The position numbers and the translations under genes are program-made. 64,000 nt of DNA from Balanoglossus misakiensis (lineage: Eukaryota; Animalia; Hemichordata). Positions 52,724-64,000 of the stretch are shown one piece after another. How positions within the stretch are numbered: the first letter of the stretch is position 1; each line of letters begins with the position of its first letter. The notes under the pieces are model-generated. The model was not told the DNA's origin. It did no database searches and was given only the letters and a program-made list of their open reading frames with translations. Location of the stretch: the NCBI GenBank assembly GCA_040954595.2, contig CM082593.2, positions 8,282,043 through 8,346,042 of the forward strand, read 5' to 3'.

Positions 52724-52826
52724 CTAGCTGTGGTACGCAGCTGTACCGTTGGGGGGGGGGGGGGGCTTATTACCCCCACGGACATCACCCCCCCCCCCCA
52801 ACGGTACAGCTGCGTACCACAGCTAG
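52724..52826. repeat. Perfect inverted repeat / mini-MITE
   Basis: CTAGCTGTGGTACGCAGCTGTACCGTTGGGGG... versus ...CCCCCAACGGTACAGCTGCGTACCACAGCTAG. Confidence 0.8.
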
Positions 52827-53053
52827 GTTGAGACAATTGATATTACCTAGTAAATAGTACCATGGCCACTTGGGACTCTCTCTAGGGTCTATGAACTGAT
52901 AATAATAGATGATATATTGACATATTTTCATAATAATTTGAATATGATTCTTATAGTTTTATTTGTGAATGTTTTATTATAGCTTGGTTTAAACCCTTTT
53001 AACTTTTTAATGTCACAATTACTTTGTATATCCCTTCAGCTTTGCCTTTCAAT

Positions 53054-56000
53054 ATGGACACAGAGTATTTAAAGAAACATCTTGGACCTTGCCTTACTCA
53101 GGCTTTAGCAGAAGTAGCCGAGAAAAGACCTCTAGACCCAATTGAATATATCGCACAGTGGCTTTACAAATCTCAAGATAATGAAAGCTATCACTTACAG
53201 GTGAGTGTCAGTTCACTTAATGGCTTCTTTAACCCCATCACCAGAATGGTTCAGTCCAAACCAACTGTTTATTTTATATGGTAAAGTTGGCCCTCTAAAG
53301 AGGGAACTGGGGGTGACAGGGTTAATATGCCATGGAAGTGACATGCTGTCAAAAGAAACGTACAATGCAGACAATTGGAAAAATTCTGTACTCCTGGTGA
53401 AGTGTTTGTTCTGGACCTTAACACAGCAGGGTATGCTCTTTGCAATGCAAGGCAAGACAATGTACCTGTAAGTGAAATTACAGCGCTGGTCAATTTACCT
53501 TGGAGTTTCTCTGTTCAGCAGAGACTGTTAATTTGATTGCAGTGTACCAGTTTTTTGCATGGCACACACGACATCAAAGGATGTCTTGATTGCTGTGCGT
53601 TCTCTTATCAGGCGAAATGTAAAACAATGTAGCAGAACTTTGCCTCTTGAAGCAGCTGTAACTTTTGCCCATTCAGCGTATGATTTTGCTAATCAGAGTA
53701 ACACTAACCTGATTTCTCTGTTATGTTTAGAAAGTACAAGAAGCAGACCAACTTGTGGCCGAACGAGAAGAAGCAGAAAGAGAAAAAGAAAGGCAAGAGA
53801 GAATGAAGGAAGAAGCAGAGAGGATAGCAAAAGAAGAAGAGGAACAGAGAATTGTGAGTAAACATGTATTCCTAGTCTGGAATCCAGACATGGTGTGTTT
53901 CTTTTAGAGAGAGACTCACACACTAGTCGGAAGTTGAGGTCTGCTATCGTGGCTTTTACGTTTTACATGGATTTAGTTTATCAGATTTGTTAATCAGAAA
54001 AATTCACAAATTTAAATTAAAATCCAGTGAAGCATTGATGCTTTTACGGTATTTAAATGTGATAAATCAGAAAATGAATCTTCATCAACTACTTTTCAAA
54101 GGCTGATGATCATCTTATGCGCGTGTGCCAAACCAGAGACTCTGGTTACAAAAATTGTCTACAGTCAATGCCTTAGAGCAGTGTGCTGTCCTAACAGCAG
54201 ACAAGATGGCCGCGGCCATAGTCTGTGTCGGAGATCGGGGAAAGACAGCAAATTGGGTGAAAAGAAGGGACAGAACTACAGTCTACTTATACAGTGTGCA
54301 TGAAATATAGAAGCAAGCGAAGGCAGTCCACTATTTCAATGCGTCAAACGCAAAATTCGCAGAACACTTGCATTGGATGTAATGTTTGTAAACACAAAAT
54401 TACACACATGCGCATAAGACGATCCATGGCCTTTAACTGTCAATTATTCCAGTTTATTTATTTCAGATGGAAATGTTTGATTATAGCTGTAATGTCAGCA
54501 AACTTTTCATCCATTAAGAATTGTCTCCTGTTCTTTCCAGGCAAGAGAGGAACAGAGGAGGGCTGAAGAAGAAGCAACATTAAAAGAAAAATCCAATCTG
54601 CCAGGAGCGCCTAATTTAGCACCAGTAGCAGAGGGTGATGAACCAACAGAAAAGAAAGAGGTAAGGGTTGATTGTTTGTATTAACGTCATTGCCTCCAGT
54701 GTTGTTAACCCTTTGGGAATTTCAAAGCAATACTAAAGACGTGTGGTCAAAATGAGATTAATAGAATCTCACACTCCAAAGGATCTGGGATCATATTTGT
54801 CACATGAGTTGGTGATATTTTGTCCTACACAAGCTGCAGGCAACTGTGGGACAAAATATCCCCGACGAGCATGTATATGAGATGGTACAAATTGATTGGT
54901 GTAAAGGATGCCACAGACTATGTAGATTCTGACCTCATACCTCAGGTTGTTTGTTTCTTTGTCTGATTGGATATTACATTTGTACATACATACATACATA
55001 CATACATACATACATACATACATACATACAGCTGTTCGTGTAGAGCACTACATCCCTAGAACATTGAATGCTATATTTATATGTTAGAGTTTCCATTGTT
55101 AAGTTAGCCTTAGAAGAACACAACCGAAATCCTTTTGGACGATTGGCCTTCAGCCAATCTGGTCAACAGACAGGTGTATCTCACATATGATAAAAAGTTA
55201 ATGTTCAATTTGATGTTAAAGGTATACGGTCACCTATAGAAAATTAGCCATAGTTACCATGGCAAAATGAGATCTAACCAATCACGGATTTTCAGTGGGT
55301 GGCACACGCGAAAAGAAGAGTGCCACCATATGTTCTTTAGAACGCTCTAATACGCTATTTCAGCCATATATGGGCGTATGTAAATTGGAGGTGACTGTAT
55401 ACCTTTAAAGCAAGTCATTCAATACAACCACCCTTGATGCCATTTTTTTCATGGCCACAGTTATATGGTGGGGTTAAGATGGGGCACCTGTTTTTTTTTT
55501 ACCTTCTGCTATGGGCCGTTTTGGGAGAGTACACCCCACTTTGGACTAACCAAAGAAGACCGTGAAGGATTTTGTTTTTGAATATTGTTGATGTATCTGT
55601 GCATTTCAGCATACAGATATCACCCCTGAAGAAATCACCGATATGGGGTGTTTTTGGATGTACTCTTCCACCGGTATCGCTTCTTAGCGCGACGATGACC
55701 GTTAAAACGACCCTTCACGCTATGCGGAAGTGTGTTCTCTGTCAACAGGTCAAATTTGACTGGTGTACGTGGCCTGCGAAAAAAGCCTTAGGGATTTTTG
55801 TTTATGATACAAATCATTGGATTTTTAGCGTTCGATTCCAGTTACTGTGCTTACAGGACGCACACGCTAGTGCTGACCGATGCTTTGCCTGTACAAGCGT
55901 CGGGCCTATGGCCGGGTGGTAGGTCCTGTAACCATACATAAGGAAACAGTGTGATGAATTCATGGAGTGTAGGAAAATTTACTCATAGTCCAGCATTCCA

Positions 56001-56327
56001 TGACAAAAGGAAACAATATCTCAGGACCAAGATGACTAATGTTGATACCTGATGCTGAAATTTTTACAGGATGTTGAAGGAGCAGAAAAAACAGACAAAG
56101 AAGAGGGTGAAACAGAAGAAGGAGGAGGAGAAGAAAAAACGGAGGGGGCTGAGGGAGAGGGAGAGGGGGGAGAAGTGACAGAAGAGACAAAAGCCGAGGA
56201 AGGGGATCAAAAAGAGGGAGATGGGGATGAAGGTGAGGGTCCAAAAGAGGGGGAGGAACCCACGGCAGAAACAGAGGCGGAACCCCCAGCGGAACAACCA
56301 GAAAATGCTGAGGAAGCTGCTAGTTAA
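53054..56327 (+). CDS. DYDC1: DPY30 domain-containing protein (DYDC1/2-like), 215 aa; join(53054-53200,53731-53853,54541-54660,56070-56327)
   Basis: [39 protein letters not shown] is a Dpy-30 domain of DYDC type; then an E/R/K coiled coil and a Glu/Gly-rich tail; all introns phase 0 GT-AG. Confidence 0.88.
54983..55029. repeat. (TACA)n microsatellite
   Basis: Read directly. Confidence 0.95.
55216..55408. mobile_element. TTAA-flanked MITE family C (AGGTATAC[A/G]GTCACC termini)
   Basis: Copies at 7017-7167, 15966-16157 (inverted), fragments at 51410-51475 and ~11159-11285. Confidence 0.8.
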
Positions 56328-56527
56328 AATAGAATATCTGATTCAATGTTTCCACCAATTGTAAATACTGTATATGTATCTGCTCCAGAAATGTCCTGGC
56401 AATATCAACCCTTCTACCCCTACCCTGTTGCTTTGTGTACTGATCCAGGGGGATCCCCTTGAAAACTATTTGATTGTACCTCAGTTTGGTTGTGAAGGGA
56501 TAATAAAAAATCACATCACAACTTGTG

Positions 56528-56883
56528 TTAAAGCCTCTAGAGCTGCCACTTTTTGCATTATTTTCATGATTTTATTTTCCAACTTAAATTGTTCCATCTA
56601 AATAAGCTTACTGATAGGTATACATGAACACCTTATCGATGCCCGATTGTGACTGCATGTTGCAATTTGAACACGCTATGTATTAAACCAGTGCCGCACC
56701 GATTTAATCAGCCTCCATACAAACAATACGCAGCTATCGTGGTATACGTCACCAAGAGATGAAAAACTGATACAAATACAAGTAATATGGCTGAATGGTG
56801 AAGATTTTAGAGGATAGGGAATATATTTTAAGTATTTTACTGAAGAAAAAATATGTGAAATTTGGCAGCTATAGGGGCTTTAA
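56528..56883. mobile_element. MITE family B copy (downstream of the DYDC stop codon)
   Basis: TTAA flanks, TIRs. Confidence 0.82.
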
Positions 56884-58715
56884 GGTCAGATTGTGTATTG
56901 GCACTGCAATTATTTTAACCAGACAGCTTCTTCAGTGCACGATGTCACCCCTCCACACCTTAATCATTAATGTTTTCCTCCGTCATACATTCTGTTCCGC
57001 ACAAACATACATACATGTAAACACCTGTCGTTCCATCCATTGATAGAAACACGTACTTACAGGGCAGTAACTAGCTTTTCATTTCTTCTTTCCTAGAGCA
57101 GCCTTTTCCACTCTCTCTCTCTCTCTACCATTATAGGATATTTAGGCGTAGCGAAATTTCAAGAATAGAGCAGACATATGTCATTTTATCCTCACAATAC
57201 ACCAACTTGTTTCTTTCAGAACAGGCGCATTATGCATGTGTTTACCAGAACAGGATAATGACAGTAGTGTTTTCAAATTGACTTTAGGGTACTAGTTTAG
57301 GGAGACAAATTTCTTTCAGTTTTGCCATCAGTTATCTCTAGATGCAGACCGCAAGCATGGTCCTAGACCAGCACACTTTCTCCTAGTTAGGACAGACTGT
57401 TGCATTGAATTGAGTATGCATTCAGCCTAGACTTCTACTGTAGTACATGAGTTTTAGCTACAAGGTACACATACAGACAAAGGGCAAAACTTAATCGTAC
57501 ATGTACATACTATCATGTCGTATTTCTGAACTGGTGTGTGGCTGTTTAAGCAAATTGCCAAGAGTAGTAACATTTCAGTTTTTGATTTTTGTGTGTACAA
57601 TACACATACCGGTATTTCCTATTGGGGTCTTTAGAAGTCGACCTTCATTTGACTGGTTTTACTGTTTGTCCCGACTTCTTGCTCATTCACAACCATTACC
57701 AATCAGAGTCTACTGTAAAATGGATTATTTTTGCAAGCAATAAATTTTTCGTGAAATATAGGAGAGCCCCAAAAACGTGAAAATAAACAGTCACGTAAAA
57801 TGTTTTTTCGGGGATAACGATGCAGTTAGTGAAAAACGAGAACGCGAAAATTAATCCCTGCGTAGCAGTTGCCTCTTTTTATATCGTGAAAAATTCCTGT
57901 CGCGAAAATAATCCATTTTACAGTATTGTTCCCAATTGCAAAATAATGACCGCTAATATTATATCTCTTTCTTTTTTCCACCATGCCTTCCTTTTGCCTT
58001 ATGCTAACAGTAACAGAAGATTAACTATGGTGATGTTCAGAGTGACCACATCTCATTCTGTCATCTTCAGCCAGACCACCCATCACTTGGACACCATCTC
58101 ACCTATAGCACCACTTAAAGATCACTGTAGTATAGAAGAAACTCACAGCTAACCACACAAGACAGAATTCCTATAACACCTAAAATCCAAAAATTAACTC
58201 TTTCTTAACCTAGTTACCTACTGCCTTTAAAAGTACTTATATTTTATCAGTGTTAGACAAGCAACAAGTCTAAGAAGTGGTTTTTTATCTTTTTCACACC
58301 GATGAAATGCCCAGTTGTTTTCTTTGGCCAAATATTGTAAAAAGTCTGAATATTAAAATGTAATCATTTTCCCATAAAACTTGTGTATGTTTGCAGTTAC
58401 TCTGTGTTTGGGCATGTTCTTTTTCAATTACTAAGTTTATATTAAAGGGCCAAAGTCTCTCTCTTGCTGCCCTTTATCGATTATGTATGTTTGATACAAT
58501 GGATATGAATTCAGTTGAGTGAAAACTGAAAATAAAATAATTGGGAAAGAAAACGACACAGGACGATAATTCCTGAGAACCAAGTTGGGTGTGAAAGAAA
58601 AGGCGAACATTGACTAATTTGCAAGACTGTGGAAATTCTCCAGAAAAAAGAGTCTTACTTGGTGATGGCCGAGACATCTTTTCACAACATTGTTTAGTAA
58701 AATATTTCATGCAAT

Positions 58716-58778
58716 GTAGACTGAAAGATTCAGCCGTGTGAGGGCGCTCCGCACCGAACTGAATCTTTCAGTCTACAT
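58716..58778. repeat. Short palindromic element TAGACTGAAAGATTCAG...CTGAATCTTTCAGTCTA
   Basis: Left half recurs at 61674-61706. Confidence 0.7.
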
Positions 58779-60794
58779 GCAATGAATCTATACTAGGCTA
58801 CACGACCTAGGAGGCATATTGAGTTGAAGTCTACGACGTCCAAGATAAATGGCGTTTGAACTTTGTGTTCGAGATCCTACGCGTATTTGAAGTTTGATCT
58901 GATAAGTGTGATGAGCAACAACCAAAAGTATAAAATTCGTACAAAATACAAAAATTTGACAACTCGAGCTCGTCTGTTGTGAATTTCAGGAACATTTATT
59001 GACTATGCTATTATTCATATAAGTCATGTACACACTGTCATCGGTCGTTCAAATATTGAAACCTCGCTACGTTACATATTAATTCAACAAAAAATTATAA
59101 CTCTTCTTGACATTTGACGTTGACCTGTTATAAATCGATCATCTGTTGTTGGTTAAAAATTCAATATCAAGTAAAGGCCTTGTTTCAATACGAATGACGT
59201 CATCAGCCTATTTTACAAATTGGCCTTGAGAATGTGTGTACAAGAAACGGAGCAAATGATATAACGTACACTGTCTGCAGACGGATCCACAAACACTGAC
59301 ACCTGTTGCATCCAAGCATCTTGGAATGACGGTATACGCCTAATACATTCGCTATATATGTGATACAGTCTGTGCAAGGTGCTGGTAGAATTGGCATGCA
59401 AGGTTTGGTTTTTGAAAGACAGCTGAACCCGTCAAATGCTACTGGACGCTCTGCGCTGTAGGCCTTTGGACTCCAACAGACGACCACACCCACTCCACAA
59501 GTACGATTGCCTGGCCAATTGCGCTTGTACGGAGGCTTGTTTGCGACACTCAAACACAGCAGAAAACCAAATGACTATAAATTATACAAATCTTGTTCCC
59601 TGACTCAATTCTCCCGTTGGCTGCACTAAACAGGCCAGGAATGGGGCAGCAATTTTGCCAAGATTTTGGGGGAACTATAGGCGCCGAGCTGTAAGCTTTA
59701 TACGGTGGTGCCTGTGGTACTATCTCGTGGCTTCTTCAAGGCGTCATATACAAGTAATAATAACTGCACGACATTTTACCCCATACATGTAACTATATGC
59801 TCTGTTGAAGTTTGTTTCTTTCCCGGAAATAAGTTATGGGATGCTGGTGTGTATGATCTGTAAATCGCCAAAATAAAACCACTTGTTTTTCAAAGGTTCG
59901 CCGCTATTGCAAAGAAGAATATCAAGTATGATATTCACGGTGTACACGCCGCTAAATACCACAAAGTTGCATTGATATTGTCCCTATCATGGAATCTCCA
60001 ATCTCTGAATAACACTATTGAGAAGCATTTGCGATTCCTGGAGGCTATTGGCCAGGATGTTAACCATCTCTTTGATATAACATCTACATTTCCCCAAAAT
60101 GTATTCATTTGCTAGTACATGTATTGGTGCAATATAAACCTGTTTGTATATATTAAAATAACTTATTAAAGTGTAAAATACCATAGTCGAAATTGTGGTC
60201 TTCTATTGCAAAACATTGTAAAATCACATCTTATAAATTAATTGGTATATCAGAATAAATTATGGAAATTTCCATGAATGTCATTTGGAAAAAAAGTTAC
60301 AAATGATTGCTTTCCCGGCGGTTTGGTGTTTTCTTGATTGCTGAATTAAACAGCAAATAGTAGAGTTGGAATTCAGTGAAAAAAAAACATTTGCAGTGAC
60401 ATACGACTAGACGAAGGTTACTTCATTCCTCATAAAAATGTTCCATGTGCACATTTGGAAAAGAAATGCCTGTCGAGTTAAAAAGTAGATAGTTGAAGGT
60501 ATATCATCGGGATTCACTGTGTCCTATGTCAGTAGGCCCAGCCAGGGTCGAATGCTTAGAATTCAGACACGCTTACCCCGATGAGAAACATAACACGGAG
60601 GTAGTAGTGTTTTCGTAAAGTATACGGTTCGTTACACTGTGAAATTTGAAGAAGGGTAACTAGATAATTACCCAAACCAGTCTATCATCTATGGAAACGG
60701 TGTTCAATGGGCATGTATACATTCATGCCAAAGATGCCGGGTTGAAAAAAAAGACGGAAACTAAAATATACAGGTGGCATCACATTTTATATCA

Positions 60795-61042
60795 TTAAAG
60801 TGAAGGGGTCGTCGCGCCGCTTTTGTTTGTATATTAAAACATTACAATCCATCCACGAATCCCTGAAATTAGATAATTCTTAGAATGAACGAAGCAGCCA
60901 ACCGTAAGCATAGACTGGACATGACAGCAACTGAAGATCCTAGTAGGTCGTGGCGACTGCAGTGGGTTTTTTCACTGGTATGGGAGGACGTATTCTCATC
61001 GAGAGGGGAGACCCACGCGGCGCGACGACCCCTTCACTTTAA
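60795..61042. mobile_element. TTAA-flanked MITE family D (AGTGAAGGGGTCGTCGCGCC termini)
   Basis: Copies at 10084-10330 and 15369-15603 (inverted). Confidence 0.8.
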
Positions 61043-61268
61043 GACTAGGGTTGTTCGACTCGACAGCATCCCCTTGGAATCGGGCTATGTGATACATGTT
61101 TCCGTGGCGGCAACAGGATCTTGGAAATAACGGAGTCAATGTGTATATTTTACAAATGAACGACAACAGTTTCCAACAATCGGTGCTCACAATCGATCGG
61201 TCCAATTTTGTGGAAGATATTACACCTGAGAAATTACCAAGCATTGGTCAGTAAAGTCTTCAGCCCCC

Positions 61269-63325
61269 TTAACAGAGCTGAACAATCCGACTAGGGTAGG
61301 GAAAAGGCCAGCAAAACTCATTTGGAACAAAGCCGTAGGCGTTTGACTCCAAGAAATGCAGCATAGGAAACCACATCTTTGTCCATCGGAACCGTTTCCT
61401 AACTGAGCGACTGCTCGAAAAAGAATGGTAATGTGCGAACATGCTGTAAGTAATGTAGAATCCCAAAATCACGTCGACTGTGTAATGTCCGTGGGCGGCG
61501 AGAACACAAATCATTCCCGAGAAAGCCAACATCCATGCCAGAACTTGTAGGAAATAAAACTTCTTTGGAGTGTCTGAAAAACATAAACAAACAGAGAATG
61601 TCAATGCAGGCGATTTTTTTTTCTGCGTCATATAAAAAGTGTAGAACGTTTTCACTTGATGGAAGGGCTACCCTAGACTGAAAGATTCAGTCGTGCGAGG
61701 GCGCTCCAGTGCATTGCCTATACGAGTAAAGGGTCGCGTGGGCAGTGCGTCAGATTGCTCGCACAGGACTGAATATTTCCGTATCGGTCTACCCCAATTA
61801 CGTCATAAGCAGCTTTAAAGCTTAATACCTTTGACGAAACAGAAGGTTCGCTTTCATCACAGCTGTCCAATATACTTAAAGCCGTCCTATTCGCTATCAC
61901 ACTGTCCAGTTTTCACAAATACCAATATTGGGGTTGCCTCATAGGAATGTAGGCAATTAGAATTATTCGTTATCCATTATCTCGTATATTTTTGTATGTT
62001 TGTTTAATGCTAAGTATATCATGGTGAGGTGAACATTCCAATATTGGTATTTTTGAAAGAATCTCCATGCATCATTAGGAGCGGAGGTAGATAATTCTGG
62101 CTCACGGTAATGTATTTTTTACAAAAATCTGAAGAACACATCCAGGACACAGAAACCAAATTTCAAAACAAAATCGCCTTGGTAGAGCAGCTTCTGAAAA
62201 GTGACTAAATGGGTGTGAAACGCACACAACTACATCATAATTTTACGGTATCCCTAATATGCAGCACTTGACATTTGAAACAAATCGGGCAAGCCATTGA
62301 CCGAAAATGGCACGAATTGAATTAAGCAATAACCCCCGTCGCAGCAGGGAATATGCGACATTGGGTATAATTCGAAGGAAATTTGTGAGGCTCGCGTGGG
62401 ATATTCATTTAAAATTCAGAAAATTACTATTTGTTTTTCATTTAAACTCTTTGTCCCGTTCTTTAGAAGTGATAACTCGTCAACAATGGTCATAGGTATT
62501 GTATTTTCTTCAACAAATTATGGTAAACATAGTAATGCTGTATTTTATAAACATATATTTGTCATTTTCCCCCCAAAACATGCCGCCATAACCAAACACT
62601 TTTCGTTTGTCGCAAGTGATGGGGCAAACTACACGATTACACAATGTACAGCCTTATGGGTAAAGACTAGATTTGATAGGCGCAATCGTTTTGCTTCTGA
62701 TAACATCCACGTGCATGGACATTCGGAATCATGTGATAGCGGACACGTCTTTTGAAGTCAGTTGATTGCCAGATGTTCTTGTACACTGACAATGGATAGT
62801 ACTTTTCAGATGGTATAGAATCGGGTGTTTCTGATATACTCACATTCAGTGATAAAGAAAGCGATGTTCGTCAACATCATGGCGTGGCCGCTGAAAATAT
62901 AAGCACCGCAAAGTCGACCCCCGGTTGATGTCAGACCCAACTTCGCAAAGGTCATGAACGATAACTTTAACCTATCCAGTACAGTGTATTCCTCCTGTCA
63001 AAAAAAAAGACATAACAACGGTTGTACTTGGTATAAGAGACTCTAAAAGGGCAAATTGACAGAGATCTGTTCACAAAGTTATATTGTGAAACTCGCGCAT
63101 CGTCAGCTGCCGTGTTGACGTAAGATTTGAATATTTTTCCCATGTTTATGTACACATCAAAACTTGTGTATGGAATTACGGCTTACAAATTTCATATTAA
63201 TATTTACCTGTTTGGGACACGGAATGCCCTGTCCGCATTCTGGTAGTGACGTCACACAAATTGTCACATCTCGCAATAAATAAAGAGTACCAGTTATACA
63301 AAGAAATCGTCGAATAATTATCATT
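61269..63325 (-). CDS. SAMD8: Sphingomyelin synthase-related (SMSr/SAMD8-like) protein, last three exons; complement join(61269-61573,62844-62994,63208-63325); 5' part lies beyond the right edge
   Basis: D2 motif RRFLCITGTLYLLRDVTICVTSLP; D3 CGAYIFSGHA; D4 AAHGHYTVDV; C-terminal WFPMLHFLESNAYGFVPNEFCWPF resembles SMSr; exons of 118, 151 and 305 nt with consistent phases. Confidence 0.85.
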
Positions 63326-64000
63326 CTGAAAAAAAAAATGATCACAAAATATATAAATGTTTTTGACAAGTCATAACGGTCTTGTTGTGTGTCAGGTCTA
63401 CTTCCGGCTCCATCTCCTCTCTTCCGGCCCTCTCTGAGTTTTTCAAAAATCTCGCAGCATTATTTTTTAAAGCTGCATAAGCTGTAACTTTTCGCTATGT
63501 TTTCAGTATATTGTTTTATGTAGCTACTTAATAAGTTTCTTGTTCAAATCCATGAAGCATAATTAAGTGTCAATTCCCCAATTCTGGCAATAGTCTGTAT
63601 TTTATAATGCCAGCTTGGTTATTGTGCCAAATTTGAATTCAAGAATTCCTTTATCAAAATAAAAATGGCCGTTACACGCACATACATAGCTTTGTTGACA
63701 AGCGGATTACTGGGTATAGTTCCTGTTTTGATTAGAAAAGGAAGTCAAATTATTAAAACAATACGGAAATAAAGCCAACAGTTACAGAAAATTGACGTTG
63801 TGAGGACTCGAACAGTTTGACAACAAAATCCATAAATTCTTGAATACTAAGAAAAATTTTGCCCAGACAGAATGAGGTCGGTGTTGTGAGTGTGTTCAGT
63901 TGTAGCGCAGATATATTGTAAAACGGGTGATTTTCGCGACAGGAAATTTCGCGATATCAAAATAGGCAACTGTTACACGAGGATTATTTTTCGCATTCTC

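Noticed and set aside
59203-59553. 116-aa Cys-rich minus-strand ORF in a CpG-richer stretch downstream of the SMSr-like gene
   Set aside because: Non-ATG start, no recognisable domain and no convincing splice pair.
1-64000. Autonomous transposase or reverse transcriptase, rRNA, tRNA, prokaryotic defence systems
   Set aside because: No long ORF or motif supporting any of these was seen.

Overview
AT-rich, intron-containing animal genomic DNA; a marine invertebrate deuterostome such as a hemichordate would fit, but this cannot be proven from the window. Six protein-coding genes can be reconstructed from translation plus GT/AG splice sites: (1) the first coding exon of a cGMP-dependent protein kinase (PRKG1-like, minus strand, gene runs off the left edge); (2) an intronless rhodanese/CH2 + dual-specificity phosphatase most similar to MK-STYX/STYXL1 but with an intact catalytic HCxxGxxR motif; (3) an annexin A7/A11-like gene with 15 coding exons and a ~254-aa Pro/Gly/Tyr/Gln tail, plus a candidate extra Lys/Ser exon; (4) a small FAM241 (DUF4605) membrane-protein gene absent from the ORF track; (5) a DPY30-domain (DYDC) gene; (6) the last three exons of a SAMD8/SMSr-like sphingolipid synthase with unusual active-site substitutions (runs off the right edge). 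Two gene pairs sit head-to-head on short bidirectional promoters. Introns and intergenic DNA are packed with palindromic MITEs (TTAA-, TA- and TWA-flanked families), hairpin elements and microsatellites. No rRNA, tRNA, CRISPR array or autonomous transposase was seen. All homology calls are from recognition of motifs, not database searches.
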